This document shows, piece after piece, positions 10,916 through 21,485 of a stretch of 64,000 nucleotides of DNA. The translations under genes and the position numbers were made by a program. The notes below the pieces were generated by a model. It saw only the letters and a program-made list of their open reading frames with translations. It was not told where the DNA came from and made no database searches. The DNA comes from an uncultured archaeon. Its GTDB lineage: Archaea > Asgardarchaeota > Lokiarchaeia > Sigyniarchaeales > SOKP01. The stretch's first letter is position 1; each line of letters starts with the position of its first letter. Location of the stretch: assembly GCA_964447495.1 (NCBI GenBank), contig CAYUTF010000001.1, forward strand, positions 116,400 to 180,399. The letters run 5' to 3'.

Positions 10916-11506
10916 CTAGATTTCACTCTTAATCTCTTTATAAAATAAATTTAAAATTTCAAGTCTTTTTTGAGCGATTTTTTTTGAAATATCAAGAAAA
11001 AGCATTTCTCTTAATTTGAAAATTTTATTTTCGAGATGATTAATAACATCATGGAGATTACCATTATTTTTTATGGTAAATCCAATGGTTCTGTATAATC
11101 CAATAGCACCAAGGGCATCTAATTTATCTGCATCTGAAAGAATTTTGGCTTCAAGTGTTTTTGGTGTAATTTTATTTGAAAATGAATGCGATTGAATGCT
11201 ATGATATATGTTTTCAATGTCACTTTTTTGAAAGGGAAAATTAGATGTATTTATATACTTCAAAGCTATCTCTGCGGAAACCTCAGCATGATTTTTATTT
11301 TTTTGGTTAAAATTCTCAGTGTATCGACCAGTATCATGCAATAACGCAGCTATTCTAAGAAGAAATAAATTTGCTTGCAATTTATGACCAATATATATAC
11401 ACATATTATAAACTCTTTCTGTATGCCCAAAACCATGAATTTTATTAGAATCAGTTGAATTTTGGACAAATCTTCTAATATTATTTATGATTTCTTCTTC
11501 ATTCAT
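10916..11506 (-). CDS. HD-domain phosphohydrolase
   Basis: H..H.ERV, ALLHD, SH.FS and DADKLDALG motifs. Confidence 0.88.
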   Translation of the reverse strand: MNEEEIINNIRRFVQNSTDSNKIHGFGHTERVYNMCIYIGHKLQANLFLLRIAALLHDTGRYTENFNQKNKNHAEVSAEIALKYINTSNFPFQKSDIENIYHSIQSHSFSNKITPKTLEAKILSDADKLDALGAIGLYRTIGFTIKNNGNLHDVINHLENKIFKLREMLFLDISKKIAQKRLEILNLFYKEIKSEI

Positions 11507-11614
11507 ATCTTATCATAATGAATTATTCGCTAGCAAAAGAAAAAGATTGTCATAAAAAATGAAAATAATGAAATATATATTAAAAAATAAGCAGAAAATA
11601 AAGATATGAAGAGC

Positions 11615-13300
11615 TTAGACTTCCTCTCCCCGCCTTCTTGCTTCTATTTCTTTTAAATCTTTTCTTAAAACTTTCCCTACGAGAGTTTCAGGAAGTTCTT
11701 TTCTGAATTCAATAAATTTTGGTATTTTATAGGGCGCAACAACTTTTCTACAAAACTCTTTTATCTCTGCTATCATCTCATCTGATTCTTTAAAACCATC
11801 CTTAAGGACTATGTATGCTTTCACTTTTTCACTGCCAGGTAGATTAGGATCTGGAACACCTATAACTGCTGCATTTTCTATAGCTTCATTTTCAAATAAG
11901 ACATCTTCAAGTTCTCTGGGATATACTTTAAACCCACTTACATTTATCATATCTTTCTTTCTATCTACTATGTAGAAATAGCCATCATCGTCCATCTTAG
12001 CGATATCACCTGTTAATAGCCAACGATCCTTTATCTGATTATCAGTTTCTTCGGGTTTATTCCAGTATCCTTTCATAACTTGAGGACCTTTTATCATTAT
12101 TTCTCCTGATTCTCCTAATGGCATAATTTTAGTATAATCTTCAATATCAACAATTTTTACTTCTGTATCTGGAATAGGCATGCCTACTGATCCAATTTTT
12201 CGCTCTCCTTTAAATGGATTAGTGTGTGTTACTGGAGATGATTCAGTCATACCATACCCTTCAAGAATTTTACTTCCTGTTCTTTCCTCAAAATCTTTAA
12301 GTACCTCTGGTGGCATTGGAGCTGCTCCTGTATTGCAAATTCTTATAGATCTCATATCTTTTGCATAATCTTCGAGATCATCCCTTTCTAATAATCGCAT
12401 ATACATTGTAGGCACACCAGGAAACATAGTTGGACTTGTTGATTTGATCATCTCGAATAATGATTTTTGATCACGAGGATCCGGATTAAGCGCAATAGTA
12501 GAACCAATATATACATGCATATTCATGCATACTGTTTGTCCATAAATATGGAAAAGTGGTAAGTTTGTCAGAATTGTCTCTTTTCCTCTTCTAAGTTCAT
12601 CAGTACCCCAAGCAACAACAGCAACGCAATTTGAAACAAGATTATAATGAGTAAGCATTGCTCCTTTAGGTAAGCCTGTAGTCCCACCAGTATATTGAAG
12701 ACAAGCAATATCTTCTTTTGGATGAGTTTCAAACTTAGGAGGATTTGGTTTTGTATTAGTTATAAGGTTTAAAAATTGCAGAGTACCAGATATTTCTGGA
12801 GGATTTCTTGGAGCCATTGGTGAATAATCGAATACATTTGTGATGATTACATGTCTTAGTCGAGTTCTATCTCGAATATTATTTATTTTTTCGACTTGGT
12901 TATCCCATGCTATTATTATTTCTGCTCCTGAATCATTTAATTGGTATGCTAACTCATGTTCTGTATGGAGTACGCTACAAGCAGTGACAATGGCACCTGC
13001 TTTTAATATTCCATAATAACTCATTATAAATTGCGGAAAATTTGGAATCATTATCGCAACAACATCTCCTTTTTTAACTCCAAGGTCTACTAATGCTGTT
13101 GCTAATCTATCAGTGATATCATCCAACTTTTTATAAGAAATTTTATTTTTCAAAAACCAAAGTGCTGTACGACCACCAAAATTTTTTGCAGAATTCACCA
13201 AAAATTCATAAATATTGATTTCTGGGTAATCTATATGCGCTGGTACACCTTTATCATAATTCTTTAGCCAAGGCTTTGTTTTATAGGCATCTTCACTCAA
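11615..13300 (-). CDS. Long-chain fatty acid--CoA ligase (FadD-like)
   Basis: YTGGTTGLPKG AMP-binding motif, EGYGMTE, TGD, DRKKD, GKVLR. TTG start. Confidence 0.93.
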   Translation of the reverse strand: MSEDAYKTKPWLKNYDKGVPAHIDYPEINIYEFLVNSAKNFGGRTALWFLKNKISYKKLDDITDRLATALVDLGVKKGDVVAIMIPNFPQFIMSYYGILKAGAIVTACSVLHTEHELAYQLNDSGAEIIIAWDNQVEKINNIRDRTRLRHVIITNVFDYSPMAPRNPPEISGTLQFLNLITNTKPNPPKFETHPKEDIACLQYTGGTTGLPKGAMLTHYNLVSNCVAVVAWGTDELRRGKETILTNLPLFHIYGQTVCMNMHVYIGSTIALNPDPRDQKSLFEMIKSTSPTMFPGVPTMYMRLLERDDLEDYAKDMRSIRICNTGAAPMPPEVLKDFEERTGSKILEGYGMTESSPVTHTNPFKGERKIGSVGMPIPDTEVKIVDIEDYTKIMPLGESGEIMIKGPQVMKGYWNKPEETDNQIKDRWLLTGDIAKMDDDGYFYIVDRKKDMINVSGFKVYPRELEDVLFENEAIENAAVIGVPDPNLPGSEKVKAYIVLKDGFKESDEMIAEIKEFCRKVVAPYKIPKFIEFRKELPETLVGKVLRKDLKEIEARRRGEEV

Positions 13301-13401
13301 ATTATTTTCACTCCTTTTAGTATTATTTTTAATATTAAAGAATAGTGTCTTATTAATTTTATTTTAAATAAAATAATATAAAAAGAAATTATATCGTAAT
13401 T

Positions 13402-15000
13402 TTATGTGTTTTCTTTTATATTATCAATAGCTAAATCAGCTGCTTCACATACATAATCGCATTCATCATGAATCATACCTTGTAATGCAGTTATTACTTC
13501 ATTAGTATCCACATTAATTTTACCTAATGCTTCTGTTGCTCTCCATCTTACATCTTTATTCTTATCGGATAAAACCCCAATTAGAGAGGGAATTGCATCG
13601 ATGGCAAATGGACCGAGCTTTCCAAGAGAGAGTGCTGTCTCTCGTCTTACATTAGCTTTAGAGTCTTTTAAAGTCACTTCCAAAGCTTTAAGAGCTTCTT
13701 TAGAGTTAATTCCTATTTTTCCTAAAGTTCTTGCGGCTTCTAGTCTTATATATTTTTTTTTACTTTTCAGTTGTTTAATTACGAAATTTATTGGTTCTTC
13801 TTTACTTATGCCAATTCCCCCTATGGAAGATATCAACAAAACTTTATGTTTGTTACCTAGATCTAATAGCTTATGAAACCATAAATAATCTCCAAGACTA
13901 AATTTTACGATATCAATAATGCTAAATATACAATACAATATGATATAAATTACACAAATAGAATATATTAAGTCATATATAAACCACAAATTTAAAATAT
14001 CGAGTATAAAAATTAGTGATGGAGGATATAGGGTGAATAATAAACTTATAGCTAGAATGATTAAATAAATGAAAAAGCTAAAAGAAGTTTTAATATTAAG
14101 AGGAATGTGTGTTTTATCATAAGCCTTTATAATGAATGGAATACTGGGTTCGCCAATATTTCGAAGGGCATCAGCTGTTTTGCCTCTTACAGTTTCTTTT
14201 TTATCACGGAGTAATTTGGCCATTTTTTCTATAATTTCTGGATTTGACACCCTCAATTCGCCTAAAGTTTCAATTGCTCCTTCTCTTACAACTCTCTCTT
14301 TATGTTCAAGAATATCAAGTAAATAAGGAATCGTTGGTTCTCCAATTTCTGATAATGTATTAATTACTCTATTTCGAACTCTCCAATCATCATCATTAAG
14401 AGCATTAATTAGAGTAGGTATTGCTTTTATAGTATTTTTTCCTATTCCACTTATAGCTTCAGCTGAGGCTGTTCTTACAGTCCAGTTGGGATCTCTCATA
14501 CTTTTTGCTAAGTCAGGAATTACTTCATAGGCATCAGGACCTAATAAACCTAAAGATTTTGCTGATTCCTTTCGAACTTCTTCCTCTCCATCCTTTAAAC
14601 CGTTTTTTAAAATTTCAATACATTCCTTAGTAGCAGCACAAATTTTGCCTAAAGAGGTAACAACAGCGGTACGAATGCTTATTTCCTTATCTTCTGTAAG
14701 GTCGGCTAGTGTTGGAATGGCTTCAGATGCAATAGGTCCAATTTTACCAAGAGATCTTGCAGCTTCACGTCGAATACTCCAATCTTCATCATGAAGATAT
14801 TTAGAAATTTTTGATACTGCGTCACGTCCAGCTTTTTCTCCTAATTCTCCAAGTACATAAATGGAGTTAAACCGTATGGATCTAATTTCATTATCTACTT
14901 GAGTTATTACTTCATTAATGATAGAAGTATCTTTTTCAATTCTCGATAATACCAAATCAATTCTTGCATCTCTTAATAATTGTTCTAAAGAAGCAGACAT
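13402..15000 (-). CDS. HEAT-repeat (PBS lyase HEAT-like) protein interrupted by a two-helix transmembrane segment
   Basis: Many L.D....VR..AA.ALG.IG repeats, with a hydrophobic stretch at about aa 305-365. Confidence 0.85.
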   Translation of the reverse strand: MSASLEQLLRDARIDLVLSRIEKDTSIINEVITQVDNEIRSIRFNSIYVLGELGEKAGRDAVSKISKYLHDEDWSIRREAARSLGKIGPIASEAIPTLADLTEDKEISIRTAVVTSLGKICAATKECIEILKNGLKDGEEEVRKESAKSLGLLGPDAYEVIPDLAKSMRDPNWTVRTASAEAISGIGKNTIKAIPTLINALNDDDWRVRNRVINTLSEIGEPTIPYLLDILEHKERVVREGAIETLGELRVSNPEIIEKMAKLLRDKKETVRGKTADALRNIGEPSIPFIIKAYDKTHIPLNIKTSFSFFIYLIILAISLLFTLYPPSLIFILDILNLWFIYDLIYSICVIYIILYCIFSIIDIVKFSLGDYLWFHKLLDLGNKHKVLLISSIGGIGISKEEPINFVIKQLKSKKKYIRLEAARTLGKIGINSKEALKALEVTLKDSKANVRRETALSLGKLGPFAIDAIPSLIGVLSDKNKDVRWRATEALGKINVDTNEVITALQGMIHDECDYVCEAADLAIDNIKENT

Positions 15001-15011
15001 TTTATATCACC

Positions 15012-15725
15012 TTATATTCCTAAATAGACTTTTTTTATTCGTGGTTCTTTCTCAAGTTGTTCTTTCGTGCCCCTCATTTCAATCTTACCTTCTTCGAGTA
15101 CATGAATGTTATCAGCTACATTCATAGCAAGGACCGCGTCTTGTTCCACTAATAATGTTGTAGTACCTTCACGCTTAATTTTATTAATTGCTGTAAAGAT
15201 GGAATCTTTAAGTTTAGGAGCTAAACCTAGTGATGGTTCATCAAGTAAGAGTAATTTAGGGTTAGCTAATAAAGCTCTTGCTATAGCGAGCATTTGCTGT
15301 TCACCTCCACTAAGAGTTCCTGCTCGTTGTTTTCTTCTTTCTTTAAGGCGAGGGAAGATTTCAAAAACAAAATTTAATATTTCATTAAATTTGTTCTTAT
15401 CCTTAAGAGAAAAAGCTCCCATATCAAGGTTTTCCATTACAGTCATATCATAAAATAGTCTTCGCCGTTCTGGACAATGAGCAATTCCTTTTTTCGCAAT
15501 TTTATGCGCTTTTAATCCATCAATTCGTTCTCCTAAAAAAATCACTTTTCCCCGATCTGGTTCTTCTAAACCAGATATTACTCTTAAAAGGGTAGATTTT
15601 CCCGCACCATTTGGACCGATTACAGCATCAAGATTTCCCTCTTCTACTTTTAAATTTATCTCTTCTAGTGCTTTTGCTTTTTCATAATAGTGATAAATTT
15701 TTTTCATTTCAAGCAAATGTTCCAC
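15012..15725 (-). CDS. livF: Liv-type ABC transporter ATP-binding subunit
   Basis: GPNGAGKST, LSGGEQQMLAIARAL, LLDEPSLGLAP. Confidence 0.9.
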   Translation of the reverse strand: MEHLLEMKKIYHYYEKAKALEEINLKVEEGNLDAVIGPNGAGKSTLLRVISGLEEPDRGKVIFLGERIDGLKAHKIAKKGIAHCPERRRLFYDMTVMENLDMGAFSLKDKNKFNEILNFVFEIFPRLKERRKQRAGTLSGGEQQMLAIARALLANPKLLLLDEPSLGLAPKLKDSIFTAINKIKREGTTTLLVEQDAVLAMNVADNIHVLEEGKIEMRGTKEQLEKEPRIKKVYLGI

Positions 15726-16449
15726 CTCTTCCTAAATATGCTTCTAAAACAATTTTATTATTTGCAACCTCTTCTGGAGGACCATCAGCAATAAATTTCC
15801 CTTGATGCATTGCGATTACTCTTGGCACAAGATGCATCAATTCACGCAAAACATGGCCCGTAACAAACACAGTTACTCCATCAGAATAAAGACTTTTTAT
15901 TAAATCTGTAATTACATCCGCTTCTTCATGCGATAATCCACTAAAAGGCTCATCAAGAAGCAATAATTTGGGATTAGTTCCCAATGCTTTCCCAATTTGC
16001 AGTTTTCTTAGATCTCCATGCGGTAAAATTACGGGGGGGAGTCTTGCCTTATCTACAAGCCCTACAGAGGCTAAGATGGTGCTAGAATATGCATCAATAC
16101 CATATTCTTTAGCTATTTTTTTTCCTCTGGGTGATAAGCAAGAAACATTAATATTATCAAGTAAACTCATGTACTTGAATGATCTTACCAACTGAAAAGT
16201 TCTGACTAAACCGAAATTAACAATTTTGTGAGGTTTCATTCCAGTAATATCGCGTCCATCAAATCTGATCTTTCCAGATGTTGGTTTTTCAATACCAGAG
16301 ATACAATTAAATACTGTTGTCTTTCCCGCACCATTTGGTCCGATTAAGCCAACAAACTCTCCTCTATGAATTTCAAAACTAAAATCGTTAACGGCGGTTA
16401 AACCACTAAATTTTTTTGTTAAATTTTTTACCTCTAATATGATTCCCAA
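15709..16449 (-). CDS. livG: Liv-type ABC transporter ATP-binding subunit
   Basis: GLIGPNGAGKTT, RTFQ, LLDEP and C-terminal AYLG. Confidence 0.9.
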   Translation of the reverse strand: MGIILEVKNLTKKFSGLTAVNDFSFEIHRGEFVGLIGPNGAGKTTVFNCISGIEKPTSGKIRFDGRDITGMKPHKIVNFGLVRTFQLVRSFKYMSLLDNINVSCLSPRGKKIAKEYGIDAYSSTILASVGLVDKARLPPVILPHGDLRKLQIGKALGTNPKLLLLDEPFSGLSHEEADVITDLIKSLYSDGVTVFVTGHVLRELMHLVPRVIAMHQGKFIADGPPEEVANNKIVLEAYLGRGGTFA

Positions 16450-16476
16450 TTTTTTTACACATTCCTTTATTTTTAT

Positions 16477-17598
16477 TTATCTTCCTAGTACAAGATCCCA
16501 TACATTTTGTAATCGTTCTAAAGCTGGTTGTAATATTCCATGTTCTGCAAATCGGATTATTAAGATTAAAATGATTGAAAAAACAAAGATTGGTTCAACA
16601 AAACCTCCAATTGCTCCCGTAATATTCGGATTGTCCCCTAAAAGTCTTAGAAACTCTCCTAAAAACACAAAAATGAATGCTCCAAGTGCTGATCCTGAGA
16701 TCGTTGCAATTCCACCAATTGCAGCCATTATAATGCCATAAAATGAATAGATTGGTTGGAAAATACCGGGATTAACGCCACTAATACGCAAGGACCACAA
16801 ACTCCCTGCGATTCCAGCTATAAATCCACTTATCATAAATGCAATAATTTTATATTTAGTAGTATTGATCCCAGAGGCTTTTGTACCCGTCTCATCATCC
16901 CTTATTGCTTTAAATATCGTACCAGTATTTGATTTGACAAGATGAGTTAAAAATGCCATTGCAGTACACATTATAAGAAATATAATAATGTATTGTATTA
17001 TTGGATCTTGAGATATAGGAGGCACTTGTCCTATTCCGTTAGTTCCAAATAATACTGTTCCAGGAAATAGGTTACTCCATAGAGTTCCTAAACTAGACAT
17101 TTTAAAAATCTCATATAGAATTAAACTCATTGCGAGAGTTCCTAAAGCTAAATATGGTCCTTTTAATCGTAAAGAGGGTATGCCTACAATCAATCCAAAT
17201 AATACAGCGATGAAAGCACCTAGTAATAATGTAATCCACCATGGCATTGGACCAATTATGACCCATTGTGAAGTAGAAAAATCCCAGAATGCCAAGGGAA
17301 TAAATCTCGTAGTATAGGCAGTTACATAAGCTGCTACACCTAAAAAAATGGCATGCCCAAAGCTCACTTGTCCAACATAACCCGCCAGAAAATCCCAAGA
17401 TGCAGCAAAAATCGTATATATCATAAAAGTATAAAAAATTCCTAAAATATATGTATTAGTTGTAATAAATGGAATTATAAATAGACCAATCAAACAAACT
17501 AAGGTCACTTTTCCTCTAAAGGTAGTAATCCAAGATTTGAAATATAATTTAAAATCAACCAAATAATTTCTTTTATTTTGATTTTGCAGCATTTTCAC
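16477..17598 (-). CDS. livM: Liv-type ABC transporter permease
   Basis: G..GQVSFGHA.F, LRLKGPYLA..TLA and AIRDDE motifs; multi-TM. Confidence 0.9.
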   Translation of the reverse strand: MKMLQNQNKRNYLVDFKLYFKSWITTFRGKVTLVCLIGLFIIPFITTNTYILGIFYTFMIYTIFAASWDFLAGYVGQVSFGHAIFLGVAAYVTAYTTRFIPLAFWDFSTSQWVIIGPMPWWITLLLGAFIAVLFGLIVGIPSLRLKGPYLALGTLAMSLILYEIFKMSSLGTLWSNLFPGTVLFGTNGIGQVPPISQDPIIQYIIIFLIMCTAMAFLTHLVKSNTGTIFKAIRDDETGTKASGINTTKYKIIAFMISGFIAGIAGSLWSLRISGVNPGIFQPIYSFYGIIMAAIGGIATISGSALGAFIFVFLGEFLRLLGDNPNITGAIGGFVEPIFVFSIILILIIRFAEHGILQPALERLQNVWDLVLGR

Positions 17599-17617
17599 AT
17601 CCTCTTTTAATAATTAG

Positions 17618-18517
17618 TTATTTTATTTCCTTTTTTCCAAAAAGCCCTCTTGGTCTTATTACCAACATCACTACGATTACAACAATAGGGATTAAAGCTC
17701 CAAAGATAGGATCTATAAAACTATCAGTAAATTTACTTGCAAAAGCAAGAATAAAGGCACCAATTACACTTCCAGGTAAACTTCCTAAACCGCCAAGTAC
17801 TACTATTGCAAACGAATTAATTAATATGGGCCATCCAATATGAGGAGCAACAGTCCCAAGAGGACCATTTATAATTGCTGCTACTCCAGCTAAAAATGCA
17901 GAGATCATCAAGGTATAAGCAAGAATTTTATCAACATTAATACCCATTAACTCTGCTGCTTCTGAATCTTGAGCTACAGCACGTATAGACTTTCCTAATT
18001 TTGATTTTTTGATGAATATTGTGGTCAAAACCACTAGCACTATCGCTACTATTATGATTATAAGAGATTGATATTGGATATCTACCCCCAATACAGTAAA
18101 ATATTCAGGATCTACTCCAAAATATAAAAAATAATCAGGAATTTTATGATAAATTTTATCTACAAGAATTCCAACAATTTGTTCTATGAAAAAAGCAAAT
18201 GCAAAAGTAACTATAACTACACCAACATGACTTTCTTTTAAGGGTTTAATAAGTAGTAAATACATTAACCCTCCTATTATTGTGGTAATACCCAATCCAA
18301 AAATTATTCCTAAAATAAATCCTAATCCCGCAACATCTTTAATAAAAACGTACATTAAGTATGTAGCTATAACATAGAATGCTCCGTGAGCTTGATTTAA
18401 AATCCCTCCAACTCCATAAACTAAAGAAAAACCTAAAGCTAGTAAGGAATAAATGGATCCTTGTATTGCTCCACTTATTATAAAACTTAACAATTCTTCA
18501 ATCAAATTTACGTTCAC
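17618..18517 (-). CDS. livH: Liv-type ABC transporter permease
   Basis: ALGFSLVYG..N.AHG, GK.IRAVAQD..AA.LMGIN and GGLGS..G motifs. Confidence 0.9.
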   Translation of the reverse strand: MNVNLIEELLSFIISGAIQGSIYSLLALGFSLVYGVGGILNQAHGAFYVIATYLMYVFIKDVAGLGFILGIIFGLGITTIIGGLMYLLLIKPLKESHVGVVIVTFAFAFFIEQIVGILVDKIYHKIPDYFLYFGVDPEYFTVLGVDIQYQSLIIIIVAIVLVVLTTIFIKKSKLGKSIRAVAQDSEAAELMGINVDKILAYTLMISAFLAGVAAIINGPLGTVAPHIGWPILINSFAIVVLGGLGSLPGSVIGAFILAFASKFTDSFIDPIFGALIPIVVIVVMLVIRPRGLFGKKEIK

Positions 18518-18774
18518 CTAGAACAAATTATCTCTTTAGGAATTAATTACTAAATAATTTTGTTTTTATTTTATTCTTTTATTTTGTTTTCATTATATAA
18601 AAAACTATATTAATTTTACGGCAACTTGGTGTTTTTTTTTTTTAAAATTTAATTTATAGTTAAAAATATGATCATAAATCCATTTTATTCATCAAAAAAG
18701 TATAATCTTTAAATACATCTTTAACCGAAATTAACTTGTTAATCTTAATTTATATATAAAAGTGACGAACTAAA

Positions 18775-20172
18775 ATGGAACAATTAACAAAAAGAATTCT
18801 AGCTATCGTATTGATTGCTGTTATTGGAGTGGGCATTGGTATAACCGTCTGGGTTTTTGTTGCACCCTATTCGTGGGGAGCTAAAGATGTACCTGGATTA
18901 GAGGATCAAGATATTCCTGAAGACCAAATTATAAGAATGGGTGTTATCAGCGGACTTTATGATATACAAGGAGACGCCGAATTAAAAGCAGCAAGATTAG
19001 CTGCTAAGCATATTAACTTGGATGGGGGCATCAATGTAGGAGGCAAGGATTATTTTATTGGAATTACAGCGGAAGATACGGATGAATCTAATCCAAACTT
19101 AGACACTACTAAAGGGGTTGCCGCTGCTGAACGAATCATTAGTTATAAGCGTGTTCAATTCCTTTTGGGAGGGTTTAGAACAGAATCCTTAGACGTATAC
19201 TTAGAGACGATTTTAAATGCTCAAATTCCATTTATTAGTGTTGGAGCTGCCACAGATTCATTCTGTCAAAATGTTCTTGATAATTACCCTAGATACAAGT
19301 ATTTCTTTAGAATTATGCCCATCAATTCAACTTCATTAGGAGCAGAGATATTTCACTATCTTTTAACTTTTGCTGCCATGAATGGTGTAAATAAGTTCGG
19401 ACTCCTCTACGAAGATTTAGATTGGACAAAACCAACAGTAGCTGGCCTTAAAGCAGGAATACCGTATTACGGTTCTGCCCTCGGTGCCCAAGTAGTAGCT
19501 AGTGTAGGATATCCTACTACAGTTAATCAGTTGAATATGGACGATTATATTGATGATATTGATCTTAATGGTACTCAAATTCTTATCCCGATCATCTCGG
19601 CTCAAGGGGGCATCTTGATGATGGATTCCTATGCTAGAAAACAACCGGGATTTGTAATTAGCGGTATTGATGTCCAATCTCAATTAGATACGTTCTGGGA
19701 CGATACTAATGGAGACTGCTTATATGAAACTGTTTTACAAGCTGTTTATAATATATCTAAAACAGCTTATACAGTTGACTTCTGGAATGCTTATGCTGCT
19801 GAATATGGATTTGATCCACTTTATACGGGAGTTGGAGCTTATGATGCAGTGAATTTGTATGCTCAAGCAATTAATGAAACTCAATCATTTGCAGCCGATG
19901 ATATTATTGATTATTTGGAAGGTTATGACAAGGCAAACTATTATGAAGGTGTGAGTGGTCGATTAGCATTTACTCCAAGTCATGATCAGTATGAGGGTTA
20001 TCCTTATGGGTATACATTATTCGTTCAGTGGCAACCAGGTGATACCCCTGGAACGGGAAAGAAAGTAGTAGTACCTTCTCCTACTGGTGCTACTACTTGG
20101 ATTTATCCACCTTCAATGTGGACAGGAGCTTACTTATTACCAGAGTGGTCAGGTTGGGCTTTCAATACATAA
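18775..20172 (+). CDS. Liv-type ABC transporter substrate-binding protein with N-terminal membrane anchor
   Basis: N-terminal TM helix, IN..GGI.VGG, GGFRTE, YFFR and YDAV motifs. Divergent from the permease operon. Confidence 0.88.
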   Translation: MEQLTKRILAIVLIAVIGVGIGITVWVFVAPYSWGAKDVPGLEDQDIPEDQIIRMGVISGLYDIQGDAELKAARLAAKHINLDGGINVGGKDYFIGITAEDTDESNPNLDTTKGVAAAERIISYKRVQFLLGGFRTESLDVYLETILNAQIPFISVGAATDSFCQNVLDNYPRYKYFFRIMPINSTSLGAEIFHYLLTFAAMNGVNKFGLLYEDLDWTKPTVAGLKAGIPYYGSALGAQVVASVGYPTTVNQLNMDDYIDDIDLNGTQILIPIISAQGGILMMDSYARKQPGFVISGIDVQSQLDTFWDDTNGDCLYETVLQAVYNISKTAYTVDFWNAYAAEYGFDPLYTGVGAYDAVNLYAQAINETQSFAADDIIDYLEGYDKANYYEGVSGRLAFTPSHDQYEGYPYGYTLFVQWQPGDTPGTGKKVVVPSPTGATTWIYPPSMWTGAYLLPEWSGWAFNT

Positions 20173-20185
20173 ACTAAATTATTAA

Positions 20186-20196
20186 TTTTTTTTTTT
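20186..20196 (+). terminator. Archaeal-type oligo(T) terminator
   Basis: T11 run shortly after the substrate-binding protein stop, between convergent genes. Confidence 0.45.
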
Positions 20197-20238
20197 AATT
20201 TTATTGATTATACACACTAATTTAAATCAATTTTTAAC

Positions 20239-21198
20239 TTATGTTAAAGGATTTTTTGCGTGTAAGTTAAATCCTTCAGATTTATCTATTATTTTATGTG
20301 TCCTTTTATCATATTTTATTTGAAATCCGTATCCTCTGCCTCGATAATAACTTTCAGCAAGAAGAATTGTGATTTCCATTATAGATTCCGATTCTTTTAT
20401 AAAGGGAATTTTATATTCCCATTTGGAAAAAAATGCATAATTCTGTGCGATTATCAATGCTTCTTCAAACAATTTGGCTTGAAGGGAATTCTTTTCAAGG
20501 GTAGTTTCGATGAGAAGGTTAGAATGTGAATTAAATGAAAGTTTTTTGATAAGTTTAAAATTTGTTTGTTGTTCATGAAAATCAGTAGTATAAATTAAAT
20601 AAGAAAAAGGATTTATTCCAGGAATAAAGTGAGAGTTTTTTGGTAATTTAAACTGAACCCATATTTTAATGATAATTCGATATGAAAAATATAGGATATA
20701 AAAAGCTACCAAGAAAAAAATAAGCTTAGAAAAATAGAGCGCAGGCCATACAAAGAAAATGATAAAGTAAAACAAAATCATTCCGCCCGAAACTAATGCT
20801 AAATTAAAGTTAATTGCTCTATCGATAAAGAATCTTACTTTTTTTTTATAAAATGGATAAAAGAGTGGAATTTTTGAAGCGCATAAAGCATCTAAAGACA
20901 AATGTAGACTATAGAATAGAAAACCAACTATCCATGCTAATAGAAAGGGCTCATTTGTGATAAATGAGAAAATTACGCCTGTTAAACCAGACACAAGAAA
21001 AGCAAAGAAATAGGAATGGGAAATACCCTTATGAGAAAGAAGGGGAGTATTCTTTATTCTTTTAAGAGGATATAAGAATATATCGAAATCAGCTAACACA
21101 GCCATTACTATCGCATACATTACAATGCTGAAACTAAATGAATTTAGTGTGAATAGACTTAGAAATATCCCTAATAAAAAATGCGTAAAAAAATCCAT
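20239..21198 (-). CDS. YdjM-family inner-membrane metal-dependent hydrolase
   Basis: MD..TH, LAD.D, H.G.SHS and H..LD motifs. Confidence 0.85.
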   Translation of the reverse strand: MDFFTHFLLGIFLSLFTLNSFSFSIVMYAIVMAVLADFDIFLYPLKRIKNTPLLSHKGISHSYFFAFLVSGLTGVIFSFITNEPFLLAWIVGFLFYSLHLSLDALCASKIPLFYPFYKKKVRFFIDRAINFNLALVSGGMILFYFIIFFVWPALYFSKLIFFLVAFYILYFSYRIIIKIWVQFKLPKNSHFIPGINPFSYLIYTTDFHEQQTNFKLIKKLSFNSHSNLLIETTLEKNSLQAKLFEEALIIAQNYAFFSKWEYKIPFIKESESIMEITILLAESYYRGRGYGFQIKYDKRTHKIIDKSEGFNLHAKNPLT

Positions 21199-21485
21199 CT
21201 TTGCAGCATTAAAAAATTCTCTCGTCCTTTTTAACTTTAATATTATTTTTTATAGTGATGTCATATTAAAGCCATATTTGAAAATTTTATCTTAACTCAC
21301 TCTTAACATAAAGGGGGCAATCCCTTTGTCGCTCTTTCACTAACATTTTTTAAAAGAGTTCATTCCATAGTTTAATTTTAACTCTTTTTAAAATAATGAG
21401 CAAAATATTCATTATTTTTCCCAAATTTCTTTCTGATAGTCGTTTTAAATGCACCAATAGCGAGTCGATTTTTCACTTTTTCTCA

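Noticed and set aside
21200-21480. SECIS element downstream of the GC-TGA-TGA gene
   Set aside because: I could not identify an AUGA/GA core with a proper upper stem and apical AA by eye; a covariance search is needed.
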